Below are positions 30,350 through 39,637 of a stretch of DNA of 64,000 nucleotides, piece after piece. Every line of letters begins with the position of its first letter. The stretch's first letter is position 1. The notes below the pieces were generated by a model, which was given only the letters and a program-made list of their open reading frames with translations, had not been told where the DNA came from and ran no database searches. The position numbers were made by a program, and so were the translations under genes. Source of the stretch: Emcibacter sp. (GTDB taxonomy: Bacteria; Pseudomonadota; Alphaproteobacteria; Sphingomonadales; Emcibacteraceae); assembly GCF_963675455.1 (NCBI RefSeq), contig NZ_OY776217.1, forward strand, positions 2,969,187 through 3,033,186, in the 5' to 3' direction.

Positions 30350-30865
30350 TCAGGACTGGAACCTCAGAATGTCACTCCAGAAGCTTTCCAGATTCCGCAG
30401 GGCATTTCTCAGTTCGGTGACATCCTCGTCTTCAAACAGGTTGCGATCCTTGATCAGATCCAGATTTTCATCAAACAGTTCACCGACCAGGTTACAAACG
30501 GCCTTGCCCTTGTCACTCAGCCAGATACGCAGAGCGCGACGGTCATGCTCTGACCGTTCCTGCATGATATAGCCGGTCTCAACCAGTTTTTTCAGGTTAT
30601 AGGAAACGTTTGATCCCAGGTAATATCCCCGGTTTCTAAGATCCCCGGCGGTCATCTCGTGATCACCGATGTTATAAATCAGAAGTGCCTGAACGCTGTT
30701 GATATCGTTCATGCCTACAGCATCCAGACGATGTTTGACAATATCAAGCATCCGGCGATGCAGCCGTTCAATCAGACGGAGGCATTCCAGGAAGTTGAGT
30801 TTTGTGCGCGCTTCCGGAGTTTCATGTCCTCCGATCAAGCTGCTGCTCTGATATGCAATCGACAT
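30350..30865 (-). CDS. MarR-type winged-helix transcriptional regulator (LdtR-like)
   Basis: 171 aa. INSVQALLIYNIGDHEMTAGDLRNRGYYLGSNVSYNLKKLVETGYIMQERSEHDRRALRIWLSDKG. Confidence 0.8.
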   Translation of the reverse strand: MSIAYQSSSLIGGHETPEARTKLNFLECLRLIERLHRRMLDIVKHRLDAVGMNDINSVQALLIYNIGDHEMTAGDLRNRGYYLGSNVSYNLKKLVETGYIMQERSEHDRRALRIWLSDKGKAVCNLVGELFDENLDLIKDRNLFEDEDVTELRNALRNLESFWSDILRFQS

Positions 30866-31069
30866 TCCGTTTTATCCCTGTATTAGAAGTCTTTGGGTAT
30901 ATTTTTCTAAAAGTTACCTTAATTTATATATCGGCAACCCCTAACAAGCTGTTAACTGTTGATAAAATCACTTCATATTCGGCCAATTTTTATGTTTTGA
31001 CGCCAGTAAAAGTTTGAATGACCACTCTTTTGAGGTATGTTGCCAAGAACATTCAGAATGAGGAAAAGC

Positions 31070-32083
31070 ATGAGTCCCCAGCCCCTTACAGGAAAATACC
31101 CCTTCAGCAGGCCACGGCGGTCCCGGGCCACGGGATGGTCAAGAGACCTGCACCAGGAACACAGTTTGTCTGTAAAGGACCTGATCTGGCCTTTATTTGT
31201 CCAGGAAGGGATCGGGATAGCCGAAAAGGTTCCCTCCATGCCCGGCGTCAACCGACATTCCCCGGATCTTCTGTTAAAAGAAGCAGAAAATGCCTGCGAA
31301 CTGGGCATTCCGGCCATCGCCCTTTTTCCCGTGATTGCCGGCGACCTGAAAAATGAAGAAGGCTCGGAAGGCTGCAACGAGGACAATCTGGTATGTCGCA
31401 GCGTCAGACTTCTGAAAAAGGAGTTTCCCGACCTGGGTGTCATCTGTGATGTCGCCCTTGACCCCTACACCAGCCACGGACAGGATGGCATTCTTGTCGA
31501 TGGTTACGTCCATAATGACAAGACCGTGGACGCGCTGATTCGCCAGGCGGAAGTACAGGTGGATGCCGGTTGTGACATTCTGGCGCCGTCAGACATGATG
31601 GACGGCCGTATTGGTCAGATCCGCAGCATGCTGGAAAATCTGGGTTATCATAATATACAAATCATGGCCTATTCGGCCAAATATGCCTCGGCCTTTTACG
31701 GTCCCTTCCGGGATGCCGTCGGGTCCGGCGGCAACCTCAAGGGCGGCGACAAGAAAACCTATCAGATGGATCCGGCCAACAGCCTCGAAGCCTTACGTGA
31801 AGTGGCCATGGATATTGACGAAGGCGCCGATTCAGTGATTGTCAAACCCGGCATGCCCTGTCTTGATATCATTCGCCAGGTTGCAACAGAATTCTCACAC
31901 CCGGTCTTCGCCTACCAGGTCAGCGGAGAATACGCCATGCTAATGGCTGCAGCCGACAATGGCTGGCTTGACAGGGATACCGTTATGATGGAAAGCCTGC
32001 TTGCCTTCAAACGGGCGGGTGCGAGGGGTATCTGGACCTATTTCGCCCCGGCCGCCGCCAAAATTCTGAAAGACGCCCTTTAA
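31070..32083 (+). CDS. hemB: porphobilinogen synthase (delta-aminolevulinate dehydratase)
   Basis: Track ORF 31037..32083. The likely start is MSPQPLTGKYPFSRPRRSR at 31070 after AGGAAAAG. It has the active-site lysine region VKPGMPCLDI and YQVSGEYAM. Confidence 0.93.
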   Translation: MSPQPLTGKYPFSRPRRSRATGWSRDLHQEHSLSVKDLIWPLFVQEGIGIAEKVPSMPGVNRHSPDLLLKEAENACELGIPAIALFPVIAGDLKNEEGSEGCNEDNLVCRSVRLLKKEFPDLGVICDVALDPYTSHGQDGILVDGYVHNDKTVDALIRQAEVQVDAGCDILAPSDMMDGRIGQIRSMLENLGYHNIQIMAYSAKYASAFYGPFRDAVGSGGNLKGGDKKTYQMDPANSLEALREVAMDIDEGADSVIVKPGMPCLDIIRQVATEFSHPVFAYQVSGEYAMLMAAADNGWLDRDTVMMESLLAFKRAGARGIWTYFAPAAAKILKDAL

Positions 32084-32959
32084 TCAGGCAAGAAGATCGT
32101 TGGGAAGTTCCTGAACGGCCTCGTCCAGTTCATAAAATGTTGGCGCCATATTGCCAGGAGCGCTCTTCCGCCCTATTTCAACTGAAATCTGCGGCGCATT
32201 GCCGTGCAGGTGGGCAATAATCACATCCTTGATCACATTAAAGAAGTGCCCTTCCTCGTCAACAATCTGCTGCAGGCGTGTCGCAATGGGGCTGGCGATG
32301 GTATAGGACAGCAAAATGCCCAGAAAGGTTCCCACCAGCGCGCCGCCGATCATGGCGCCGAGCACCTCAATGGGCTGGTCGATACTGGCCATGGTTTTGA
32401 TCACACCAAGCACCGCAGCCACAATCCCTAGTGCCGGGAAACTTTCCCCGAGGATGCCGAGGGCGTGAGCCCCTTCGCTTTCCTCATGGTGATGCTTTTC
32501 CAGATCCTTCATCAGAACATCCTCGACCTGGTGGGGGTCGTCAAAGTTCATCGTGGTCATGCGCAGGTAGTCACAAATAAATTCGACGACATGGTGGTCG
32601 GCAGCCACTTTGGGGAAGTGATTAAATATCTTGCTGTCGTGCGGGTTTTCCACATGAGCTTCAAGGGCGATCACCCCTTTGGTCTTGATCAGCTTGGTCA
32701 ATGCATACATCAGGCAGAGCAGATCCTTATAATCTTCCGCCTTCCACTTCGATCCCTTGAGCGTCTTGCCCAGGCCGCTCATGGCCTTTTTCATGACTGT
32801 ACTGCTGTTGGTCACCATAAAAGCACCGACGCCGGAACCGCCAATAATCATAAATTCAAGAGGAAGAGCCTTGATAATCGGCGCCATTTTACCGCCAGCC
32901 AGCACATAGCCGCCGAACGCCATGACCATGACTACAATAATACCTACAATAACCAGCAT
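32084..32959 (-). CDS. motA: flagellar motor stator protein MotA
   Basis: 291 aa. It has four TM segments and the C-terminal plug region GALVGTFLGILLSY...MotA pattern. Confidence 0.9.
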   Translation of the reverse strand: MLVIVGIIVVMVMAFGGYVLAGGKMAPIIKALPLEFMIIGGSGVGAFMVTNSSTVMKKAMSGLGKTLKGSKWKAEDYKDLLCLMYALTKLIKTKGVIALEAHVENPHDSKIFNHFPKVAADHHVVEFICDYLRMTTMNFDDPHQVEDVLMKDLEKHHHEESEGAHALGILGESFPALGIVAAVLGVIKTMASIDQPIEVLGAMIGGALVGTFLGILLSYTIASPIATRLQQIVDEEGHFFNVIKDVIIAHLHGNAPQISVEIGRKSAPGNMAPTFYELDEAVQELPNDLLA

Positions 32960-33078
32960 TTGATACTCTTCCCTTAACTGCCGGACGAGTCGCCCGGCAT
33001 CAAAACTGTCTTTATTTGGGACAGTTATAGTTAAAGGTCGTTAAGCAAGGTTTAATAACGACAACAAAAATAGCGGAA

Positions 33079-33849
33079 TTACCGATAAAAGTTCTTCATT
33101 AACAGTCTGGTAACCGTTTCCTGGGCCAGAAGATGCTGAAATACAGTCTTTTCTTTCTCTTCATTTTGTCCTGAGCGGAATACCATCACCACCGCCCCAC
33201 TTTGCCGCAACAACAAGTCCGGCAATCCGCCTTTTCTGAAGGTTTTTTTCGAGATATTCCTGCTTGTTCCGGCAACAAAAAAGCCGTTATCCCTGACCCG
33301 TGAGAGGGCAAATGCCGCTTCGTCCTGTAACATTCCCTTCTGTATGATGGAGAAACCAACCTGCTCTGAGTTTACCTGATGCAGGATCACAAGATCATAG
33401 TCATGAGTTCTCAGAAAATGTCGCAGTATATTCCTTTCAGAACGGTCAAACGTTTTCCGGTTCAGGTCAGTCGGTGGCACAGCTATTGAAATAAGGTCAA
33501 GGGTGACATTGCCGTAAAATTCAGGCCTGGTCACAAGCTGCCGAGCCGTTTCCAGAATAATTTCCGCAGAAATCTGGGTACTTCCGCCGGAATCCGACAG
33601 AACAAGGATTTTACCGGCCCCTTCCCCGATTGCGGCCCGGGAAAATAAATGCACCGGCAGTTCCCACCCCTGTGACCGGATAACGCCTATCACCGAGACC
33701 TTGAGTTCATTTGCTCCCGCCGCGGCAATCCCGTCAACCTTGTCATAATATGTGTTTAGCCGAACGTCTCCATCGGGAGGCGCCGGCCTTGTGCTGCAGG
33801 CGGCCAGCAGAAAAATCAATACGATGACCGGGATGTCTTTTCTGGTCAC
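33079..33849 (-). CDS. hypothetical lipoprotein
   Basis: 256 aa with a lipobox, VIVLIFLLAAC-S. The GTG start overlaps the upstream stop (GTGA at 33846-33849). No family recognised with confidence. Confidence 0.6.
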   Translation of the reverse strand: MTRKDIPVIVLIFLLAACSTRPAPPDGDVRLNTYYDKVDGIAAAGANELKVSVIGVIRSQGWELPVHLFSRAAIGEGAGKILVLSDSGGSTQISAEIILETARQLVTRPEFYGNVTLDLISIAVPPTDLNRKTFDRSERNILRHFLRTHDYDLVILHQVNSEQVGFSIIQKGMLQDEAAFALSRVRDNGFFVAGTSRNISKKTFRKGGLPDLLLRQSGAVVMVFRSGQNEEKEKTVFQHLLAQETVTRLLMKNFYR

Positions 33850-34829
33850 AGGTAGGTTCCGGGCAGGGTCACAACTTCCCCGCCGGTGCTGAGTTTGAAG
33901 CGGGCAATCTCGGCACCGTCAGCCGTGTTGATTCCGCCAATATCCAGCAGACAGCTTCCCTTCCGTTTCAGTTCAAGGATTGATTTCCACAACAGGATAT
34001 TCATGGCTTGCAGTTTTCGGCCTTCGCGCCCGTTCCAGCCGATATGATAGGTCGCCGAGGTGCCATGCCTGAGGAATACAGCTCCGGCAACCGGATCGTC
34101 CCTCTCCGGGTTGGCGCCTTTCTTAAAGACAAACGCCGTCGTCACAACATCACGGCCCAGACTGTGCCGGGCAAATGCATCGACCAGTCCCACCGGCAAC
34201 GCCTTGTAGTTTTTATCCCGCTGTTGCTTTTTTTCACGGGAGAGAAGCCATTCGGCGCGGGGATGCAAATGGTCACCAAAATGAACAAACAGTTCTTCCT
34301 TTTCTGCGCGGCGTACCTGATTCCTCCATTTACCATAAAGGCCAGCCCAAAGATCCTGTTCGCTTTTGTTCAGGTCAAGAAACAGAGTCGTATAACCGGT
34401 GACCACCTGCTTCAGGCAGGCCTGCTCCAGCAGGTTCCCCTCCTCCTGGTGCCAGTCCTCGGGCGTGATAAAGAGAAAACGCAGCTTGCGGCGGGCATAA
34501 AGCCTGCGCAACAGCGAAAATACTTCCTTTTTCATGGCTGGCGTGACATCTCCCAGCCATACCGGGCCGCGCATGAGCGACGCAACCTTTACGATGCCGA
34601 ACCATGACCGGATGATCACCTGGGCGAGCGCCACCGGCCTGTTGCCTTCATAGGCGACAATCCGGCGTACTTTTGCCCGTCTTTCCTTTAACGCCGAGCC
34701 ATATCCCCAGGATTGTTGCAGGGCGCTATAGCCAACCTCCTCAAGCAGACTATCCCATTCCATCTGGGCCAGATTGTTCCAGTCCAGGTGAAGTTTGGGA
34801 GTATTTTTTACGGTCACTTGTTCTGCCAT
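33846..34829 (-). CDS. FemAB-family (Acetyltransf_6 / lipid II aminoacyl-transferase-like) GNAT-fold protein
   Basis: 327 aa following the FemX template: LQQSWGYG...MRGPVW; TLFLDLNKSEQDLWAGLYGKWRNQVRRAEKE; ATYHIGWN...QAMNILLWKSILELKRKGSCLLDIGG; ARFKLSTGGEVV. Confidence 0.72.
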   Translation of the reverse strand: MAEQVTVKNTPKLHLDWNNLAQMEWDSLLEEVGYSALQQSWGYGSALKERRAKVRRIVAYEGNRPVALAQVIIRSWFGIVKVASLMRGPVWLGDVTPAMKKEVFSLLRRLYARRKLRFLFITPEDWHQEEGNLLEQACLKQVVTGYTTLFLDLNKSEQDLWAGLYGKWRNQVRRAEKEELFVHFGDHLHPRAEWLLSREKKQQRDKNYKALPVGLVDAFARHSLGRDVVTTAFVFKKGANPERDDPVAGAVFLRHGTSATYHIGWNGREGRKLQAMNILLWKSILELKRKGSCLLDIGGINTADGAEIARFKLSTGGEVVTLPGTYL

Positions 34830-34905
34830 TGCCTTGTATATTTTCAGTTTGATGCCATACTAAGCCAATTGTTGAAAAAACAAAGAAAAACTCTCAAGGT
34901 CAAAT

Positions 34906-35106
34906 ATGATTGGCAGAAAACCTACAATTCAGAATGTGATGGGGCATAAGATCGATCGCCCCAGAGTGACAAAATGGGGCTATCGCAGTCTGCTCTTATA
35001 TGTGGGCCTGCCGTCCGTTCTGATCCTGCTGCTCCTCGATATTTTCCTCTTCCTCCTGTTTCGCTATGCTTTTGGCAGCTGTTACGGAATATTCTGCTAT
35101 CTTTAA
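34906..35106 (+). CDS. small hypothetical single-pass membrane protein
   Basis: 66 aa with a basic N-terminus, one TM (LLLYVGLPSVLILLLLDIFLFLLF) and a Cys/aromatic tail (GSCYGIFCYL). The RBS is weak. It is divergent from the FemAB-like operon. Confidence 0.35.
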   Translation: MIGRKPTIQNVMGHKIDRPRVTKWGYRSLLLYVGLPSVLILLLLDIFLFLLFRYAFGSCYGIFCYL

Positions 35107-35244
35107 TCTGTAGCCCCTGAAATTGCCGCTCTGCAGGCCGGGTTTTCAGCGAATTCGCTATTTTATTTTGGACTTTTTGCTCGTCTGGCCATATATGAAC
35201 AGACAGAGTGCCACTTGATTGAAACATAACAAAAAGTATTTGTG

Positions 35245-36489
35245 ATGAACCAGACTGAGAAGACAGCCACACTTCCCATATCCTTCGAGGATGTCAAAAA
35301 AGCAGAACAGGCTCTGAAGGGCGCGATTATCCGCACCCCGACCACCCGTTCCCTGACTTTGTCCTCAATCACCGGCTCAAACATTTTTATCAAGTTTGAA
35401 AACCTGCAGTTTACCGCCTCCTTCAAGGAACGGGGCGCACTGAACAAACTGATGTCGCTCACAGACGAGCAGAAAAAATCCGGTGTCATTGCCGCGTCAG
35501 CCGGCAACCATGCCCAGGGTGTTGCTTATCATGGCGCAAGGCTCGGTATCCCGACAACCATCGTCATGCCGGTGAACACCCCCTTCGTCAAGGTCAGCCA
35601 GACCGAAGAGCACGGCGCCAATGTCGTCCTGTTTGGCGAACGTTTTGACGATACCGCCGTTCGCGCCCGTGAACTTGCTGAGGAGCATGGTTATACACTG
35701 GTCCATCCGTTTGACGATCCGGCCGTAATGGCCGGCCAGGGCACAATCGGTCTGGAAATGATGGAAGACGTGCCGGACCTTGATGTGATTGTCGTCCCCG
35801 TTGGCGGCGGCGGCCTGATTTCCGGCGTTGCCACAGCTGCCAAGGCAATCAATCCAAAAATCGAAATCATCGGTGTACAGGCGGAACGGTTCCCCTCCCT
35901 CTATCGGGCTCTCCACAAGCAGGAATATGAACCAAAGGGATCCACTCTGGCAGAAGGTATCGCCGTCAAGACAATCGGGCAACATACCCTGAAAGTCTGC
36001 GAGGAACTTGTCGACAACACCCTGCTGGTCACCGAAGAAAGTCTTGAACGCGCTGTCAGCATGCTGATGACCATCGAAAAAACCGTACCCGAAGGCGCCG
36101 GTGCGGCCCCCCTGTCTGCCGTTCTGTCACATCCGGAACTGTTCCGGGATAAAAAGGTCGGCCTGATCCTCAGCGGCGGTAACATCGACCCGCGCCTTCT
36201 GGCGTCCCTGCTGATGCGGGGGCTGGTCCGTGACGGCCGCATCACTCGTCTCAGGATCGAGCTTCTGGACGTCCCGGGCGCCCTCGCCCAGATATCCGGT
36301 ATCATCGGCGGTCTTGGCGGCAACATCATCGACGTTTCCCACCACCGGCTGTTCACTGAACTGCCGGCCAAGGAAACCTATTCAAACGTCACCCTGGAAA
36401 CCCGGGACCGGCAGCATCTTCAGGACATTCTGGAAGCCCTGCGGGCCAGGGGTTTTGTGGTCCACATGAACCGGTCCCAGGATCTGTAG
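35245..36489 (+). CDS. ilvA: threonine ammonia-lyase (threonine dehydratase) with C-terminal ACT-like domain
   Basis: About 414 aa. It has the PLP lysine motif FENLQFTASFKERGA, ASAGNHAQGVA and GGGGLISG. Confidence 0.9.
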   Translation: MNQTEKTATLPISFEDVKKAEQALKGAIIRTPTTRSLTLSSITGSNIFIKFENLQFTASFKERGALNKLMSLTDEQKKSGVIAASAGNHAQGVAYHGARLGIPTTIVMPVNTPFVKVSQTEEHGANVVLFGERFDDTAVRARELAEEHGYTLVHPFDDPAVMAGQGTIGLEMMEDVPDLDVIVVPVGGGGLISGVATAAKAINPKIEIIGVQAERFPSLYRALHKQEYEPKGSTLAEGIAVKTIGQHTLKVCEELVDNTLLVTEESLERAVSMLMTIEKTVPEGAGAAPLSAVLSHPELFRDKKVGLILSGGNIDPRLLASLLMRGLVRDGRITRLRIELLDVPGALAQISGIIGGLGGNIIDVSHHRLFTELPAKETYSNVTLETRDRQHLQDILEALRARGFVVHMNRSQDL

Positions 36490-36603
36490 GATCGCTTAAC
36501 CGCTGAAAGCGCCAAAAGTTTCCGGCTTTGACTAACGTTATATTAACCAACGCTGGCCATTATGGGCGGCAGTTAACGTTACAAGTCTGGCAGTGGTGAA
36601 AAA

Positions 36604-37494
36604 ATGGCGGATGAACGCCCGATAATAATCAAAAGAATTAAAAAAGTTTCCGGTGGTGCCCATGGAGGCGCCTGGAAAGTGGCTTATGCTGACTTCGTGA
36701 CGGCGATGATGGCCTTTTTCCTGCTGCTGTGGCTTATGAACGCCACCACCGAGGAACAACGTTCAGGTCTTGCCGACTATTTCTCCCCGACCTCTGCCAG
36801 TACAAGCAGTTCTTCCGGCTCCGGCGATATCCTGGGCGGCGTATCGCTGAATACGGACGGGGCCCAGTCCAGTGCCGTCACCGTCTCCATTCCCGACCAG
36901 TCACAAACCCTGATCAAGAAACAGGACGGAGAAGGTGGTGAAAACCAGTCACAGAGCGAAGAGGAACAATCCCTTGAAGAGATGATGGCCCAGCGAGAAC
37001 AGGACTTCTTTGAGGAAATGTCCGAGAAGCTGCGCCAGAGCATCCAGGAAAGTCCGGAACTCGCCGAGCTTCAGGATCAGCTTCTGATCGACATCACCGA
37101 AGACGGCATGCGCATCCAACTGGTCGACAAGGACAACCGGGCAATGTTCAAACCTGGCACGGCCGAACTCTACGGCTATGCGGAAAAAATGATCGCCAAG
37201 GTGTCCGGGGTAGTTGAAAAAATGCCCAACAGGATTTCCATTTCCGGCCACACAGATTCGAGCAATTTTGCCAAAGGCGCCAACTACACCAACTGGGAAC
37301 TGAGCGCGGACCGGGCCAATAGCAGTCGCCGTGTTCTGCTGAGAAAAGGCGTCCCTTCCGACCGTTTTGCAGAAGTTCTCGGCAAGGCAGACACAGAGCC
37401 GCTCTTGCCGGACCGTCCACGCCGGGCTGAAAACCGCAGGATAACCATCCTTCTGTTGCGCGAAGCGCCCACTCTCCCACGTGGTTTCCTTTGA
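36604..37494 (+). CDS. motB: flagellar motor protein MotB (OmpA-like C-terminal domain)
   Basis: 296 aa. GGAWKVAYADFVTAMMAFFLLLWL is the plug/TM with the conserved Asp. The C-terminal region is GHTDS...NWELSADRANSSRRVL. Confidence 0.88.
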   Translation: MADERPIIIKRIKKVSGGAHGGAWKVAYADFVTAMMAFFLLLWLMNATTEEQRSGLADYFSPTSASTSSSSGSGDILGGVSLNTDGAQSSAVTVSIPDQSQTLIKKQDGEGGENQSQSEEEQSLEEMMAQREQDFFEEMSEKLRQSIQESPELAELQDQLLIDITEDGMRIQLVDKDNRAMFKPGTAELYGYAEKMIAKVSGVVEKMPNRISISGHTDSSNFAKGANYTNWELSADRANSSRRVLLRKGVPSDRFAEVLGKADTEPLLPDRPRRAENRRITILLLREAPTLPRGFL

Positions 37495-37711
37495 TTCTCC
37501 AGCGGTAAAACCGGACTCCACATAATCATAAAATTTTCAGCGACAGCTTTAAACTGGCCTGCTATGATATTGTTATTGCTTATGTAACAGGCCAAAGAAG
37601 AAATTTCAGTTTTGGAAAAATGAAATCCCCTTCTGTCCTGAATATCTTAAAAATATTCATTATCATCAAAGGTTTTAGCGCCTTTTTCAACTGGAGCTCA
37701 CGGTAGCGCAT

Positions 37712-39568
37712 ATGATTGAACTGCTTGACCCCTCCCTGCAAATGTGGCTGACCTTCGCTATTATCGGTGGCGCCATCATCTTTTACGCCATGGACCATAT
37801 TCCCCTCGAGATTACCTCGCTGGGTGTTATTTCCTCCCTTCTTCTGATGTTCCATTTCCTGCCCTATTACGGCAGCGACGGCCAGCTTCTGCTGGATATG
37901 AAAATGTTACTGTCGGGTTTCGCAGATCCGGCCCTCATTTCCATCCTGGGCCTGTTGGTCATCGGTCAGGGTATGGTACAGACCGGCGCCCTGGAAACAC
38001 CGGCACGTATACTTATCAAACACGGTATCAATTATCCGCGCCGGGTTGTGCTTTTCTGCCTGCTGGTGGTTATGCTGATCAGCGCCTTTCTCAACAACAC
38101 GCCAGTGGTGGTCATTTTCATTCCGATCCTCAGTATGCTGATGGATAAAATCGGCAAGCCCGCCAGTCAGGTCCTAATGCCGCTCAGTTTTGTCGCCATC
38201 CTCGGCGGCATGAGCACCCTGATCGGGTCAAGCACCAACCTGCTTGTGGCCGGTGCCTACAAAACCCATACCGGCAAAGATATTGGCTTTTTCGACTTTA
38301 CCGTCCCCGGGCTGTTTATGATGGGCCTCGGACTCGTTTATGTTCTTGCCATCGCTCCAAAACTATTGCCGAAGACTACCGCAGAAAATGGCAAGGCCCA
38401 GCAGATGAGCGGCAAACAGTTCATTGTCCAGATTGACCTTGTCGAAGGCAACAGCCTGATCGGCAAAAGTTCGATTGCCGGCATGTTTCCTGACCTGTCC
38501 GGCATGACAACCCGTCTCATCCAGCGGGATGAAAAAACCTTTCTGCCGCCCTTCGATGATATTACCTTACGGGAAGGTGACGCCGTTATTCTGGCCACGA
38601 CCCGGCGCACGCTGACGGAAAAAATCGCCAAGACCCCCAGCCTGATGAAAGGCGCCCTCACATCCCTGAGTGCTGACGGCACCGAAGACCAGTCCCAGGA
38701 TACATCAAAACGCCAGCAGATCGCCGAAGTGATCGTTGCCCCGGCGTCGCGTCTGGACGGACGCACTCTGGAGCAAGTCGGATTCCATCTGCAGGGCGGC
38801 TGCAAGGTTATCGGCATCCAGCGCCGTTCACGGATGATACGGACCTCCATCGATGATATCCGGCTCGAGGCCGGTGACGTACTGATGGTGGTCGGCACCG
38901 CCTCGCAGATCATAGCGCTCCGGACCAATCGCGATGTATTGCTGATGGAATGGTCCACCAGCGAAGTACCGGTCAAATCGGACAGCTGGAAAGCCCTGGC
39001 TATTTTTGGCGCTGTAGTTTCCGCAGCGGCAACCGGGATCGTACCTATACCGATTACCGCCACAGCCGGCGCCTTCCTGATGATTGTGAGCGGCTGTCTC
39101 AATATTCGTCAGGCCAGTCGTGCGGTGGACCGGCGGATATTCCTGCTGATCGGCGCCGCCTTGGCCATGGGCGCCTCCCTCCAGGCCACTGGCGGCGCTT
39201 CCTATCTCGCCCATTATATGATCGAGTTCCTTTCCGGGGGTGGCGTCGTGGTGCTTCTGTCGGCCTTCTTCCTGATGATCGCCATCCTGACCAATGTGCT
39301 CAGTAACAATGCTACCGCTGTGCTGTTCACGCCGATCGCCATCAATCTGGCAACCGAACTGAATGTTGACCCGATGATTTTTGTTACTGCAGTCATTTTC
39401 GCCGCCAACTGTTCCTTCGCCACCCCGATGGGGTATCAGACGAACCTGCTGGTCATGGGGCCGGCGAACTATAAATTCAGTGATTTCATGCGAGTCGGCA
39501 TTCCGCTGATTGTGATCCTGTGGATTGGTTACAGCCTGTTTGCCCCGTGGTATTACGGTTTATATTGA
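37712..39568 (+). CDS. SLC13/DASS family permease with central tandem TrkA-C (RCK_C) domains
   Basis: 618 aa. Hydrophobic N- and C-terminal halves flank two RCK_C-like repeats (IVQIDLVEGNSLIGKS...; AEVIVAPASRLDGRTLEQV...). Confidence 0.82.
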   Translation: MIELLDPSLQMWLTFAIIGGAIIFYAMDHIPLEITSLGVISSLLLMFHFLPYYGSDGQLLLDMKMLLSGFADPALISILGLLVIGQGMVQTGALETPARILIKHGINYPRRVVLFCLLVVMLISAFLNNTPVVVIFIPILSMLMDKIGKPASQVLMPLSFVAILGGMSTLIGSSTNLLVAGAYKTHTGKDIGFFDFTVPGLFMMGLGLVYVLAIAPKLLPKTTAENGKAQQMSGKQFIVQIDLVEGNSLIGKSSIAGMFPDLSGMTTRLIQRDEKTFLPPFDDITLREGDAVILATTRRTLTEKIAKTPSLMKGALTSLSADGTEDQSQDTSKRQQIAEVIVAPASRLDGRTLEQVGFHLQGGCKVIGIQRRSRMIRTSIDDIRLEAGDVLMVVGTASQIIALRTNRDVLLMEWSTSEVPVKSDSWKALAIFGAVVSAAATGIVPIPITATAGAFLMIVSGCLNIRQASRAVDRRIFLLIGAALAMGASLQATGGASYLAHYMIEFLSGGGVVVLLSAFFLMIAILTNVLSNNATAVLFTPIAINLATELNVDPMIFVTAVIFAANCSFATPMGYQTNLLVMGPANYKFSDFMRVGIPLIVILWIGYSLFAPWYYGLY

Positions 39569-39637
39569 CTTTAGGACTTATTTACCGATTTTAACTAGAG
39601 TATACGGATTGCGATAAGAATTGCCGAAAGACATGAC

